Below, piece by piece: positions 37,012 to 47,113 of a stretch of DNA of 64,000 bases. Made by a program: the position numbers and the translations under genes. The DNA is from Eubacteriales bacterium (GTDB lineage: Bacteria > Bacillota > Clostridia > Oscillospirales > CAG-272), in assembly GCA_045531965.1 (NCBI GenBank), contig JAZSFA010000071.1, forward strand, positions 2,315 through 66,314, written 5' to 3'. A model generated the notes under the pieces. The model was not told where the DNA came from, did no database searches, and was given only the letters and a program-made list of their open reading frames with translations. The stretch's first letter is position 1; every line of letters begins with the position of its first letter.

Positions 37012-37815
37012 ATGAACATCAACGAGCTTTATTTCAACCCCAACGAAAAGCCCCTGGACAACATCTGCCGCGACGGCGGGTTCGTCGGCATTTTCCGCAC
37101 CATCGCCTGCGTGGGCGACAGCCTGTCCTCGGGCGAGTTCGAGACCCTGGACGAATCTACGGGCGTGCGCCATTACTACGATATGTTTGACTACTCCTGG
37201 GGTCAGTTCATCGGCCGTATGGCAGGGAGCAAGGTCTATAACTTCTCCCGCGGCGGCATGACCGCCTCCGAGTATTGCGACAGCTTTGCTGAGGCCATGG
37301 ACTACTGGAACCCCGACAAAAAGGCGCAGGCCTACATCATCGCCCTGGGTGTCAACGATCTGATCGGTGCCCGTCAGCCCTTGGGGGAGATGTCCGACAT
37401 CAACAAGGACGACCCCACACAGAACGCCAAGACCTTCACGGGTTATTACGCTCGCATCATCCAGACCTATCAGAAAATGGTGCCCGGCGCGAAATTCTTC
37501 CTGGTCACCATGCCTCACCAGGTCATGTATGAGTCCAACCCCGAAATGAGCGAGGTGGGGGATGCCCACGCCGCCCGTCTTCACGAGTTGGCCGCCTATT
37601 TCAAGGATACCTACGTGGTGGATCTCCGCGCGTACGCCCCCGCCCATGACGAGGAATTTACCAAGCGGTTCTACCTCCATGGCCATCTCAACGCCCTGGG
37701 TTACCGCCTGACCGCCGAGCAGATCGCTTCCTACATCGACTACATCATCCGTCACAACACCGACGACTTCACCTACGTTCCCTTCGTGACCTCCGAAACG
37801 CCCATGCTGTGCTGA
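37012..37815 (+). CDS. SGNH/GDSL hydrolase
   Basis: VGDSLS, LGVND, HLNALGY blocks. Confidence 0.9.
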   Translation: MNINELYFNPNEKPLDNICRDGGFVGIFRTIACVGDSLSSGEFETLDESTGVRHYYDMFDYSWGQFIGRMAGSKVYNFSRGGMTASEYCDSFAEAMDYWNPDKKAQAYIIALGVNDLIGARQPLGEMSDINKDDPTQNAKTFTGYYARIIQTYQKMVPGAKFFLVTMPHQVMYESNPEMSEVGDAHAARLHELAAYFKDTYVVDLRAYAPAHDEEFTKRFYLHGHLNALGYRLTAEQIASYIDYIIRHNTDDFTYVPFVTSETPMLC

Positions 37816-37918
37816 AAAAATTTTAATATTTTCGCCTTTCCTGTAAGATTTGGCCTCTTTTTGGTGCCTATATAAGTGAAGGGGTGTTTGTGCCCACACG
37901 CAAGAAAGGAGTATATTT

Positions 37919-38608
37919 ATGAAAGCTAAGATCGCGATCATTGTTTTGTCGGTGCTGTTGGCGTTGTCCATCCTTGCCTCGGTAGGGCTGTGCTTGTATC
38001 TGCCTTACCGTGCTGTTCACAACGCCGAACGGGTGTGGGATGAGTATCTGTTTTCTTGTGAATTCAGTGGCTATGATCCTGATTACCATTATACGGGCTC
38101 CGGTGCTCACACGACCCTGCGCTGTATGCACAGCGAATCCTTCGACCTTCCCCCCGAGAAAGAACTTGAGCAAGGACGGTACGGATCAAGCGGGGAATAC
38201 TTCTACGATCTTTTGATCTATCACGACGGAAGCGGTACCATCATCAAAAAGCAATATTTTCAAGTGGTTGTTGAGGTTCAACCCGGCGCAGAATGGAGAT
38301 CGGGCATGGAGTTGATCGAGGAGGTCGAGATTCCCTTGACAGCCGAGGAAGTGCAGAGTGTTTTAGAGGTTGTGGACGAATGTCATTTTGATTATGTGCC
38401 TACCCATGTCCCCGAGCTGTATTCCATGATGGACGGTCGCTATACCACCGTGATCATTGACGACGGCCTTGGCGATGTTCATATGATTGCGGCTTACAAC
38501 GCGGAGGAAGGCGATGCGGTCTATGACATTCGCATGGCCATCGAGGCGTTGATCGAGGCACATGACGGTGGCCGCCTCCCAAAGCCTCCGAAGTATTCCG
38601 AAAACTGA
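37919..38608 (+). CDS. Hypothetical protein with N-terminal membrane anchor
   Basis: RBS AAGGAG; hydrophobic N-terminus; acidic body. Confidence 0.7.
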   Translation: MKAKIAIIVLSVLLALSILASVGLCLYLPYRAVHNAERVWDEYLFSCEFSGYDPDYHYTGSGAHTTLRCMHSESFDLPPEKELEQGRYGSSGEYFYDLLIYHDGSGTIIKKQYFQVVVEVQPGAEWRSGMELIEEVEIPLTAEEVQSVLEVVDECHFDYVPTHVPELYSMMDGRYTTVIIDDGLGDVHMIAAYNAEEGDAVYDIRMAIEALIEAHDGGRLPKPPKYSEN

Positions 38609-38691
38609 AAGATTCTGTGTCAATCTGCATAATACCAAGATGGCGCTCTTGTGTTTTCCGCTGAAAATGCGCGGAAGGGCAAGGGTGCCTC

Positions 38692-38720
38692 TTGACTTCA
38701 TACAACTTTTGGTTTATAAT
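38692..38720 (+). promoter_or_regulatory. Sigma-A promoter of second SBP gene
   Basis: TTGACT-17 nt-TATAAT. Confidence 0.8.
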
Positions 38721-38779
38721 ATTCTTGATAAGGTGTATCCGGAGAGATTCACCTGAAATTTAGAGAGGAAAGAAAGATA

Positions 38780-40288
38780 ATGAAGAACACAATGTTAAAG
38801 CTTTTGGCTCTTCTGATGGCTTGTCTCATGGTCTTCTCGTGCTTTGTCGCTTGCGGCGAGAGCAGCGATAACCCTGCGGACTCCAAAGAGGGGGACAGCA
38901 AAAAGCCCGAAGATGCGGCGACGGAAGAAGATACCGTGGATGAGGTCTCCGAGGCGTTGAGCGCGCTTGACGAGATCGATTGGGGCGGCGAAGAATTTTC
39001 TATTCTGCACGCTGAGCGTTATGAGAGTGAGATCTGGGGCGAAAACAAGGTCGTCGATAAAGAAAACGGCGGAGACCAGCTCATCAACGACGCTGTGTAC
39101 GAGAGAAACACTCTGCTTGAAGATAAGTGTAAGCTGGTTTTCAATCACGTGGCTCAACCCGATGCGGCCATTCAGAAAACGGTGATCAATGAAGCTGCTG
39201 CGACCACCGGTGATTTTCATCTGATCACCAACAACGCAAGAGAGACTGCCACTTATGCAACCAGCGGTTATCTCCGCGATTTTGTCGATATGGGTATTGA
39301 TCTTGAGTATTCTTGGTGGGATGCCGGTACTGCCGATTTTGCGCTGGAGGGCAAGGTGTTCTTTATGAACGGCGCCCATAACTTTGCCGATGATAACGTG
39401 ACTTACGTTTTGATCTTCAATAAAGAGATGCAGGCAGAATTTGCCAATACCGTTCCCAATCCCTATGATACCGTTCTGAACTGGGAGTGGACGCTGGATT
39501 ACTTCAACAAGGTCATTCAGGGTGTCTCCTCCGACAGCAACGGTGACGGTACCTACGATGCACTGGATACATACGGCTTCCTGACAACTTGGGAATACGG
39601 TAACACCTTCTTTATGGGTTCCGACCTCCGTTACGTTCTCAATGACAAGGACTCTGTAGAGCCTACGCTGTTCCTGGACGGCGGTAAGATGGAAAAGGCG
39701 CTGAACGTGCTGCAGCTGGCAACAGCCATTTACCACGATAACGATGCTACCTTTATGTCCCCCGGCGGTCAGGAAGCGCTGGGTCTGGCTGCCTTTAAGG
39801 AAGGTCGCGGTTTGTTCTATGGCGAGGTTGCTCAATACCTGACAGCCTTGAACCGCGAGATGGAAGGTGACTATGGCGTTCTTCCTGTGCCGAAGTACGA
39901 CAAGGCTCAGGAGTTCTACCGCACCTGGACTCACGACAGCGGCTCTACCTTGTCTGTCACCGCCGCGATCCCCGATTCCAAGGCAGAGCTTGTGGGTGAC
40001 ATCATCCAGATGTATGCTATCCTTTCTTATCAGTACGTCAAGCCTAAGTTCTACGACGTGATGCTGTCCACCAAGAGCGTGCGTGACCCTCAGTCCCCCG
40101 TGATGCTGGACCTCATCTTCCAGAACCGTGTCTACGATATGGCGATGTACTTTGACCTTGGCTTCTACGAGCTGTTCAAAACCGACGTCAACAACAAGGA
40201 CGGCTCCTTCTCCTCCGGCTATGAGAAGAGCAGAAAGCGTTTTGACAAGAAGATCAATCAGATCCTTGACAAGCTGAGAAAAGAATAA
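38780..40288 (+). CDS. Extracellular solute-binding lipoprotein (paralog of 14938..16437)
   Basis: Lipobox CFVAC; shares INDAVYERN, FFMNGAHN, EWTLDYFN, REMEGDYG blocks (exact or near-exact) with the paralog. Confidence 0.85.
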   Translation: MKNTMLKLLALLMACLMVFSCFVACGESSDNPADSKEGDSKKPEDAATEEDTVDEVSEALSALDEIDWGGEEFSILHAERYESEIWGENKVVDKENGGDQLINDAVYERNTLLEDKCKLVFNHVAQPDAAIQKTVINEAAATTGDFHLITNNARETATYATSGYLRDFVDMGIDLEYSWWDAGTADFALEGKVFFMNGAHNFADDNVTYVLIFNKEMQAEFANTVPNPYDTVLNWEWTLDYFNKVIQGVSSDSNGDGTYDALDTYGFLTTWEYGNTFFMGSDLRYVLNDKDSVEPTLFLDGGKMEKALNVLQLATAIYHDNDATFMSPGGQEALGLAAFKEGRGLFYGEVAQYLTALNREMEGDYGVLPVPKYDKAQEFYRTWTHDSGSTLSVTAAIPDSKAELVGDIIQMYAILSYQYVKPKFYDVMLSTKSVRDPQSPVMLDLIFQNRVYDMAMYFDLGFYELFKTDVNNKDGSFSSGYEKSRKRFDKKINQILDKLRKE

Positions 40289-40291
40289 TCC

Positions 40292-40329
40292 AAGCCCGAC
40301 GGCAGACTGAACTGCCGTCGGGCTTTTTT
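40292..40329 (+). terminator. Intrinsic terminator
   Basis: AAGCCCGACGGCAG/CTGCCGTCGGGCTT plus T-run. Confidence 0.9.
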
Positions 40330-40547
40330 CGTGCAAAACAGGATGATCAGCCATCATTTTTTGAAAGTTGTTGGCGGATATTTTGATAAATCTTCCCGAT
40401 ACCTATTGATTATTTTGAAGCTCTGTGCTATAATTACAATGATATAGTATGGGCATTGCCAAGCAAGCCTTGTAGACTTGTATTTTGCCGGCAGAGCAGG
40501 GCGGTCGGGCACCGTCGGGGCGTTGTCGGGTTTTGGAGGTATAAATT

Positions 40548-41726
40548 TTGGAAACAACGATTGACATGGTCGAGGGACTGAATATCCCTCGGGTGACGGC
40601 GGAGGAGGCGGACAGAAGACGTTATCTGTCCCAAGCGCTCCTTGACCGAATGCATCTGTCACCCGTGGGAGATCCCGTGGCTTACGATGTGGCGGAAGAC
40701 GGTCAGGTGACCTATTATTTTGACCCCGCGAAAGTCACTGAAACACCCCCCGAAAAATGGTATCGCGGCACGGTGAAGAAGCCAGACGATACGGAGGAAG
40801 ACGGGGCAGAAGCACCTGTCGCGCCTCGCCCCTTGCGTGAGCCGATGACACTTCCTTCGGGGACGGTCATTGAAAAAATGGGCGCCAAACGTGCGGCATC
40901 CTTCGGTTACTACACCGAGGAACGGTTGGGTCAGTTGAATTATGACGTAGGTTCCGAGCCTGCCGCTTATAATACCAAAGCTGATGGAACTGTGGTATAC
41001 TTCTATGATAAGCGTGTGGCGATCCGCCGCCCGCTCAAGTGTGTCGTTTGTGGTCAGGACGTTCGCTATAAGCGGAAAATGTGCCGTGCTTGCTTTGAAA
41101 AGGATCTGGCGGTCCGCCGAGCCGAAGGAGATGCTTACCGCGCCAAACCCCGCCACATGGATCGACGCCGTGTCCTGTTTTTTGACCTTGAACTGACGGG
41201 GGTGTATGACCACGATGAGATCATCTCGGTATCCATTTGCGACGGTACAGGCGAAACTCTGATGGATACGCTGGTCAAGCCTCGCCACAAGAAAAAATGG
41301 AATCGCACCGAAAAGATCCATGGCATTTCCCCTGCCATGGTGCAAGATTCGCCCTATTTGGACGATCTGGTGCCCCGCATCAAGGCGCTTTTTGCAAATG
41401 CGGACAACATTGTGGCGTTCGGTGTGTCTACTGATTACAGCCACATCAAGTATATTTACGAAACCGAGCGCGAGCAGGAGGAGCTCCACAAAAAGGTGCG
41501 TTGTTGTGCCATTGAGTTTGTCAGATTCCAGAACGAGCATTATCCCGATAACAACCACGCGTCGCTGATTGATGCCATGGAAACGTTGGGGATCGCTTGG
41601 GACGGCATCCCCCATTCCTCTATGGCAGATACCATTGCCTGCATGAAGGTGTGGGAGGCTTTGTTCCCCCATTATTATGAGGATGCTGCGTTTGATGAGC
41701 CCGAAAAGGAGGAAAGCCATGTTTGA
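40548..41726 (+). CDS. DEDDh 3'-5' exonuclease with duplicated N-terminal module and zinc finger
   Basis: FFDLELTG, IHGI, PHSSMAD; CVVC...CRAC; TTG start after GGAGGT. Confidence 0.85.
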   Translation: METTIDMVEGLNIPRVTAEEADRRRYLSQALLDRMHLSPVGDPVAYDVAEDGQVTYYFDPAKVTETPPEKWYRGTVKKPDDTEEDGAEAPVAPRPLREPMTLPSGTVIEKMGAKRAASFGYYTEERLGQLNYDVGSEPAAYNTKADGTVVYFYDKRVAIRRPLKCVVCGQDVRYKRKMCRACFEKDLAVRRAEGDAYRAKPRHMDRRRVLFFDLELTGVYDHDEIISVSICDGTGETLMDTLVKPRHKKKWNRTEKIHGISPAMVQDSPYLDDLVPRIKALFANADNIVAFGVSTDYSHIKYIYETEREQEELHKKVRCCAIEFVRFQNEHYPDNNHASLIDAMETLGIAWDGIPHSSMADTIACMKVWEALFPHYYEDAAFDEPEKEESHV

Positions 41727-42048
41727 TATGTTTGGGTTGGAAAAAGACCACAAGATCGCTTACGGTGACGAGGTCGTTCATCTGACGACCGTGTATGACA
41801 TTGCTATGTTGGGTATGATCCGCGGACTTTTGGAAAGCGAAGATATTCCTTACTTGGTACATGAGCGCGCCACGGGTAGTGCTATGCGGATTATGACGGG
41901 CTTTTCCCTCTATGGAACCGACATTTTCGTTCCCAAAACCGCCGAAGAAACGGCGAGAGATCTGATCGCCGGGATTAACACCGACGGCGAGGGCACAGAG
42001 CCTGCGATGATTCTTGAAAATGATGAAACAGAAGGTGATCCCCAATGA
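41719..42048 (+). CDS. DUF2007-like protein
   Basis: MIRGLLESEDIPY...IFVP...E.A pattern. Confidence 0.75.
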   Translation: MFDMFGLEKDHKIAYGDEVVHLTTVYDIAMLGMIRGLLESEDIPYLVHERATGSAMRIMTGFSLYGTDIFVPKTAEETARDLIAGINTDGEGTEPAMILENDETEGDPQ

Positions 42049-43244
42049 AAGAAATCATTTTGTGTAAATATGGGGAGATCGTTCTGAAGGGCGCCAACCG
42101 TCGCTTCTTTGAGGACATGCTCTGCCGTCAACTTCGCCAAAAAGCCAAAGCTTGCGGTAATTTTGAGATCACCCGCGCGCAAAGCACGGTGTACATCGAG
42201 CCTTTGGATGATCATGCTGACATCGACGCCATGATGGCGGCGGCAGGTAAGGTCTTTGGCATTGTAGCGATTTGCCGCGCCGCTGTTTGCGAAAAGAATA
42301 TGGATAGTATTCTTGAAACGGTTAAAGCGTATATTCCACCGTACCTGGAAGGAAAACGGACGTTCAAGGTAGAATCCAAGCGTTCGGACAAGTGTTTTCC
42401 CTTGGATTCCATCGCCATTTCAGGCGAGGCGGGCGGTGCGATTCTGGAAGCCTGTCCCCGTATGCGGGTGGATGTGCACAACCCCGACGTTACGGTTAAA
42501 GTGGAGGTTCGTGAAACGGCTGCGTACATTCATCCGGGATCTGTGAAGGGCGCGGGCGGTATGCCTGTCAGCTCCAACGGACGCGGGATGCTTTTGCTCT
42601 CGGGTGGCATCGATTCCCCCGTAGCCGGCTATATGATGGCCAAAAGAGGACTGAAAATCGAGGCGATCCATTTTGAATCCTTCCCTTATACCAGTGAACT
42701 GGCAAGAGATAAAGTCCTTCGCTTGGCGCAGATTGTTTCTGAATATAACTGTGACGACATGCTCGTCCATGTGGTTTCTCTGACCCGTGTACAGGAAGAG
42801 CTGGTTAAGCATTGTCAGGAAGATTATTTTACGCTTCTGCTTCGCCGTTACATGATGGCGATCGCTGATAAGGTCGCCCATAAGTTCAAGTGTGGTGCGC
42901 TGATCACAGGAGAAAGCTTGGGTCAGGTCGCCTCTCAAACCACCGAGGCATTGGGCGTGACCAATCCCTTGGCAACATTACCTGTGTTCCGCCCTTGTAT
43001 CGGCATGGACAAAGAAGAGATCGTGGAGATCTCTCGCAAGATCGGTACCTTCGATACTTCCATCGAACCCTTTGAAGATTGCTGTACCGTATTTACCCCC
43101 CGTCATCCCCGTACCCGCCCCGATCTGAAAAAAGTGATGGCAGAGGAGCAAAAGTTGCCCTTTGATGAGTTGGTGGAAGAGGCGATTGCGGGTATGTACC
43201 GTGTCATCGTCCGACCAGACGGGTACGAGGTGCAGGAAAGATGA
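42045..43244 (+). CDS. thiI: tRNA 4-thiouridine synthase ThiI
   Basis: KYGEIVLKG.NR, THUMP, LLSGGIDSPVA, TGESLGQVASQT, DCC. Confidence 0.97.
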   Translation: MKEIILCKYGEIVLKGANRRFFEDMLCRQLRQKAKACGNFEITRAQSTVYIEPLDDHADIDAMMAAAGKVFGIVAICRAAVCEKNMDSILETVKAYIPPYLEGKRTFKVESKRSDKCFPLDSIAISGEAGGAILEACPRMRVDVHNPDVTVKVEVRETAAYIHPGSVKGAGGMPVSSNGRGMLLLSGGIDSPVAGYMMAKRGLKIEAIHFESFPYTSELARDKVLRLAQIVSEYNCDDMLVHVVSLTRVQEELVKHCQEDYFTLLLRRYMMAIADKVAHKFKCGALITGESLGQVASQTTEALGVTNPLATLPVFRPCIGMDKEEIVEISRKIGTFDTSIEPFEDCCTVFTPRHPRTRPDLKKVMAEEQKLPFDELVEEAIAGMYRVIVRPDGYEVQER

Positions 43245-44491
43245 AATACTTATTTATAGGCTTGGTACTGTTGGACTACCTTTGGAAGCTCTTTGAAGTC
43301 TTTCTGTCCGCCAAGCAGATGAAAAAACCGCTACCTGCTTGCGTACAAGGTATCTACGACGAACAGCAGTACAACCGCTGGGTAGCTTACACCCACGAGA
43401 GACGCCGTTTCAGTCTCATCAACGGGGCGATCAATACGGTGCTGATGGTGGCGATTCTCGCCTTCGACCTGTTGGCTGTGGTCTATAACGCGCTCGACAG
43501 CGTTATCGCGGTGAATGGTCTGCTGGATGACACCTTGATGGTAATCATCTTTTGCCTGTTCTTCTCGGCGGTGGATATCATTCCGGATTACATTTTCACC
43601 TTCCGTATAGAAGAAAAGTACGGCTTTAATAAGTCCACGAAGAAGACCTTCTGGGGAGACACGATCAAGAACACTATTCTGAATACGCTGCTCAACATAG
43701 GTCTTGCCAGTATTGCCGCAGTCTTCTATAATCTGGTGGGGCTGTGGCTCATGGTAGGCATCTTCGGATTTTTCCTCATCATGGTGTTGGTCGGCTCAGT
43801 TTTTGCCCTGCCGCTGCAAAAGCTCTTCCATCGCTTTGATCCCCTGGAGGACGGAAGCCTAAAGGACAGAATCAACGAACTGTTTGTTTCCAACGGATAC
43901 AAGGTGCGAAGTATTTACGTCATGAACGCCTCAAAGCGCACCACCCGTGCCAACGCGTTTTGCGCGGGTGTCGGCAAGGGCAAGAAGATTGCGCTGTACG
44001 ACAATCTGGTAAACAACTATTCAGAGGATGAGATCACCGCCGTCTTCGCCCACGAGCTGGGTCATGACAAGCACAAGGACACGACGGTTATGGCTGTTCT
44101 TCAAATTGTCATCTACGCTGTTGTCTCGGCTGTGATCGGTGTGACTGTGGCATTCCCTGCTGCCAGCGTTGCTATGGGTTTTGCCGAGGTCAACGCCGAA
44201 GCGATGGTGCTGGTTCTGTCCATGGCGGTGCTGGGTCCCCTTATGACCCTGCTTATGGTGCCCTTCAACATCATTTCCCGTCGTATGGAGCGTCACGCCG
44301 ACACCTTCGCTGCAAACTGCGGTCTGGGTCAACCTCTTATGGATGCCCTCAAGCGGCTTTCCCGCGATAATCTCAGCGACCTCAATCCCCATCCCTTCCT
44401 TGCCACTATAGGCTACTCTCATCCCACCATCGGCGAGCGTATCCAAGTGATCGAGAAGGCAATGAACAAGCATACCGAATCTTCTGACTGA
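43241..44491 (+). CDS. M48 metallopeptidase, Ste24-like
   Basis: NAFCAG, HELGH, ERHAD, YSHPT..ERI. Confidence 0.92.
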   Translation: MKYLFIGLVLLDYLWKLFEVFLSAKQMKKPLPACVQGIYDEQQYNRWVAYTHERRRFSLINGAINTVLMVAILAFDLLAVVYNALDSVIAVNGLLDDTLMVIIFCLFFSAVDIIPDYIFTFRIEEKYGFNKSTKKTFWGDTIKNTILNTLLNIGLASIAAVFYNLVGLWLMVGIFGFFLIMVLVGSVFALPLQKLFHRFDPLEDGSLKDRINELFVSNGYKVRSIYVMNASKRTTRANAFCAGVGKGKKIALYDNLVNNYSEDEITAVFAHELGHDKHKDTTVMAVLQIVIYAVVSAVIGVTVAFPAASVAMGFAEVNAEAMVLVLSMAVLGPLMTLLMVPFNIISRRMERHADTFAANCGLGQPLMDALKRLSRDNLSDLNPHPFLATIGYSHPTIGERIQVIEKAMNKHTESSD

Positions 44492-44508
44492 ACGAAAGGA
44501 TATAAATC

Positions 44509-45072
44509 ATGGAACAAATGTACTATAAGATGACCATCGCAGGCTGTGAGCGTGCCCTACCTTTGTGTCCCCTCAATGACCAATTGATGATCGGTGCTTT
44601 CGTTATTTTTGGTGATCCCGAATTGACCACTGCTTGTGCGGCAGAACTACTGAAAAAGGTCCCCGAGTACGATTACATGATCACCGCAGAGGCGAAGGGG
44701 ATTCCCCTGATCCATGAGATGGCGCGTCTTGCGGGCAACCAAAAGTATATGCTGGCGCGTAAAGGCACTAAGCTCTATATGAGAGACATCTTGGACGTGA
44801 AAGTCAACTCTATCACTACCAACCGCGAGCAGCATCTCTACTTGGACGGTAACGATGCCGCCCTTATGAAGGGCAAGCGCATTCTCATCGTGGATGACGT
44901 GGTCTCTCTCGGTGATTCCATGCACGCCCTGGAGCAGCTGGTGGAAGCCGCAGGCGGTATCGTTTGCGGTCGCGCTACCATTCTGGCAGAAGGCGATGCT
45001 GCTGACCGCAAGGATCTGGTGTATCTGGAGAAGCTTCCCCTGTTCCTAAAGGACGGTACGCCGCTGAATTGA
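44509..45072 (+). CDS. Adenine phosphoribosyltransferase-like PRTase
   Basis: TAEAKGIP and ILIVDDVVSLG PRPP motif. Confidence 0.88.
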   Translation: MEQMYYKMTIAGCERALPLCPLNDQLMIGAFVIFGDPELTTACAAELLKKVPEYDYMITAEAKGIPLIHEMARLAGNQKYMLARKGTKLYMRDILDVKVNSITTNREQHLYLDGNDAALMKGKRILIVDDVVSLGDSMHALEQLVEAAGGIVCGRATILAEGDAADRKDLVYLEKLPLFLKDGTPLN

Positions 45073-45075
45073 GAT

Positions 45076-45220
45076 TGTGGGGTTTCACCCCACACCCCTT
45101 TCTTGAAAGAAAGGTTTGACCAAAGAACTAAAAAAATAAAAATACGAGTGCGACCTGATCATGAAATTTACTTTTTGAAGGGTTCCAAGGGGAACTTTTT
45201 TCAAAAAGTTCCCCTTGGCG
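45076..45220. repeat. Inward-facing pair of REP-like repeats
   Basis: Left variant CCTTTCTTGAAAGAAAGG-TTTGACCAAAGAACT with an extra GTGGGG/CCCCAC hairpin; right TTTTTGAAGGGTTCCAAGGGGAACTTTTTTCAAAAAGTTCCCCTTGG. Confidence 0.8.
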
Positions 45221-45245
45221 CACCCACGGAAAGAAGGAAAATAAA

Positions 45246-47036
45246 ATGGCAGAACTTTTAACATCCCAAGACAAACGTACATGCCTGTGTGCAGAGCTGT
45301 CTGCCGCCAACGTAGGACAGGAAGTCTGCGTCATGGGTTGGGCACAGAAGCAGAGAGACCTGGGCGCCCTCATCTTCATCGACCTCCGAGACAGATCCGG
45401 TATCGTCCAGCTGGCCTTTGACGATGTTACCGACCGCGAGGTTTTCTCCAAGGCATTTACTGTTCGCGCCGAGTTCGTCCTCTGCGCCCACGGTACCGTC
45501 CGCCGCCGCGGCGAGGGCGCTGTGAACAAAAACATCCCCACGGGTGAGATTGAGATCGCTGTAAATGATCTGAAGATCCTCTCCTCCTCCCAGACTCCTC
45601 CCTTTGAGATTGTGGAGAACAGCCCCGTCAAGCCCGAGCTGAGACTCCAGCACCGCTACCTTGACCTGCGCCGTCCCGACATGGCTTACAACATCATGGC
45701 CCGCTCCAAGATCACCAAGCTGGCTCGCGACTACTACGCAGAGCATGGTTTTATCGACATCGAGACCCCCTGCCTCATCGCCCCCACCCCCGAGGGAGCC
45801 AGAGACTATCTCGTGCCTTCCCGTGTCCACCACGGTAAGTTCTACGCCCTGCCCCAGTCCCCCCAGCTCTACAAGCAGCTGCTCATGGTCTCGGGCTTTG
45901 ACCGTTACTTCCAGATCGCCCGCTGCTTCCGCGACGAGGACCTCCGCGCCGACCGCCAGCCCGAGTTCACCCAGATCGACACCGAGATGTCCTTCGTGAA
46001 CGAGGACGACGTCATGCGTATGCACGAGGGCTTCCTGAAGTTCATGTTCAAGGAGTTCTACAACATTGACCTCGGCGGCGACTTCATCCGTATGCCCTAC
46101 GCTGAGGCCATGGAGCGCTTCGGCTCGGATAAGCCCGATATCCGCTTCGGCTTCGAGCTGAAGAACCTGTCCGACATTCTGGCAGGCACCGAGTTCAAGG
46201 TTTTCGCGGGCGCCATCGCGGGCGGCGGCTCTGTCCGCGCCATCAACGTCAACGGCGGCGCATCCATGTCCCGTAAGGAGATCGACGCTCTGGTGGAGTT
46301 TGTCAAGACCTACAAGGCAAAAGGTCTCGCTTGGCTCAAGTGGGCAGAGAACGGGGATATTTCCTCCTCCTACGCCAAGTTCCTCACCGAGGCCGAGAAC
46401 GAAGCCATCAAGGCCCGCATGGAGGCAAAGCCCGGCGACCTGATCCTCATCGTGGCTGACAAGAACAGCGTTGTCTTCGACGCCCTGGGTGCCCTCCGTT
46501 GCCACTGCGCCAAGAAGATGGGTCTGTGCGACCCCAAGGACTTCAAGTTCCTGTGGGTCACCGAGTTCCCCCTGTTGGAGTACTCCGAGGAGGACGGTCG
46601 CTTCTACGCCAAGCACCACCCCTTCACCATGCCCATGGAGGAGGATCTGCAGTACATCGACACCGACCCCGGCCGCGTCCGCGCCAAGGCCTACGATATC
46701 GTGCTGAACGGCACCGAGCTGGGCGGCGGCTCCATCCGTATCCACTCGGGTGAGATCCAGTCCAAGATGTTCGAGGTGCTGGGCTTTACCCCCGAGGATG
46801 CCCAGGAGAAGTTCGGCTTCCTGCTGGAGGCCTTCAAGTACGGCGTGCCTCCTCACGGCGGTTTGGCCTTCGGTCTTGACCGTCTGGTGGCTCTCTCCAT
46901 CGGTCTGGAGGACATCCGCGACGTCATCGCCTTCCCCAAGGTGCAGAACGCCAGCGAGCTCATGACCAAGTGCCCCTCCCCCGCCGATCCCAAGGCTCTC
47001 GAAGAGCTGGCGATCGCGGTTGTAGAGGAAGAATAA
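45246..47036 (+). CDS. aspS: Aspartate-tRNA ligase
   Basis: FIDLRDR, PEGARDYLVP, FRDEDLRADRQPEFTQ, GGGSIRIH, PPHGG. Confidence 0.99.
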   Translation: MAELLTSQDKRTCLCAELSAANVGQEVCVMGWAQKQRDLGALIFIDLRDRSGIVQLAFDDVTDREVFSKAFTVRAEFVLCAHGTVRRRGEGAVNKNIPTGEIEIAVNDLKILSSSQTPPFEIVENSPVKPELRLQHRYLDLRRPDMAYNIMARSKITKLARDYYAEHGFIDIETPCLIAPTPEGARDYLVPSRVHHGKFYALPQSPQLYKQLLMVSGFDRYFQIARCFRDEDLRADRQPEFTQIDTEMSFVNEDDVMRMHEGFLKFMFKEFYNIDLGGDFIRMPYAEAMERFGSDKPDIRFGFELKNLSDILAGTEFKVFAGAIAGGGSVRAINVNGGASMSRKEIDALVEFVKTYKAKGLAWLKWAENGDISSSYAKFLTEAENEAIKARMEAKPGDLILIVADKNSVVFDALGALRCHCAKKMGLCDPKDFKFLWVTEFPLLEYSEEDGRFYAKHHPFTMPMEEDLQYIDTDPGRVRAKAYDIVLNGTELGGGSIRIHSGEIQSKMFEVLGFTPEDAQEKFGFLLEAFKYGVPPHGGLAFGLDRLVALSIGLEDIRDVIAFPKVQNASELMTKCPSPADPKALEELAIAVVEEE

Positions 47037-47042
47037 GAGTAC

Positions 47043-47097
47043 GCGAGGGGGAAACTTTTTAAAAAAAGTTTCCCCCTCGACCCCTTTCAAAAACTTC
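47043..47097 (+). repeat. REP-like repeat copy
   Basis: CGAGGGGGAAACTTTTTAAAAAAAGTTTCCCCCTCG-ACCCCTTTCAAAAACTT. Confidence 0.85.
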
Positions 47098-47113
47098 AAA
47101 AGGAGGATGATTT

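Noticed and set aside
47037..47113. 6S RNA at its common positions (after aspS, or before the 5-formyl-THF cyclo-ligase gene)
   Set aside because: Only a short repeat follows aspS, and the cyclo-ligase gene overlaps its upstream gene, so there is no room.
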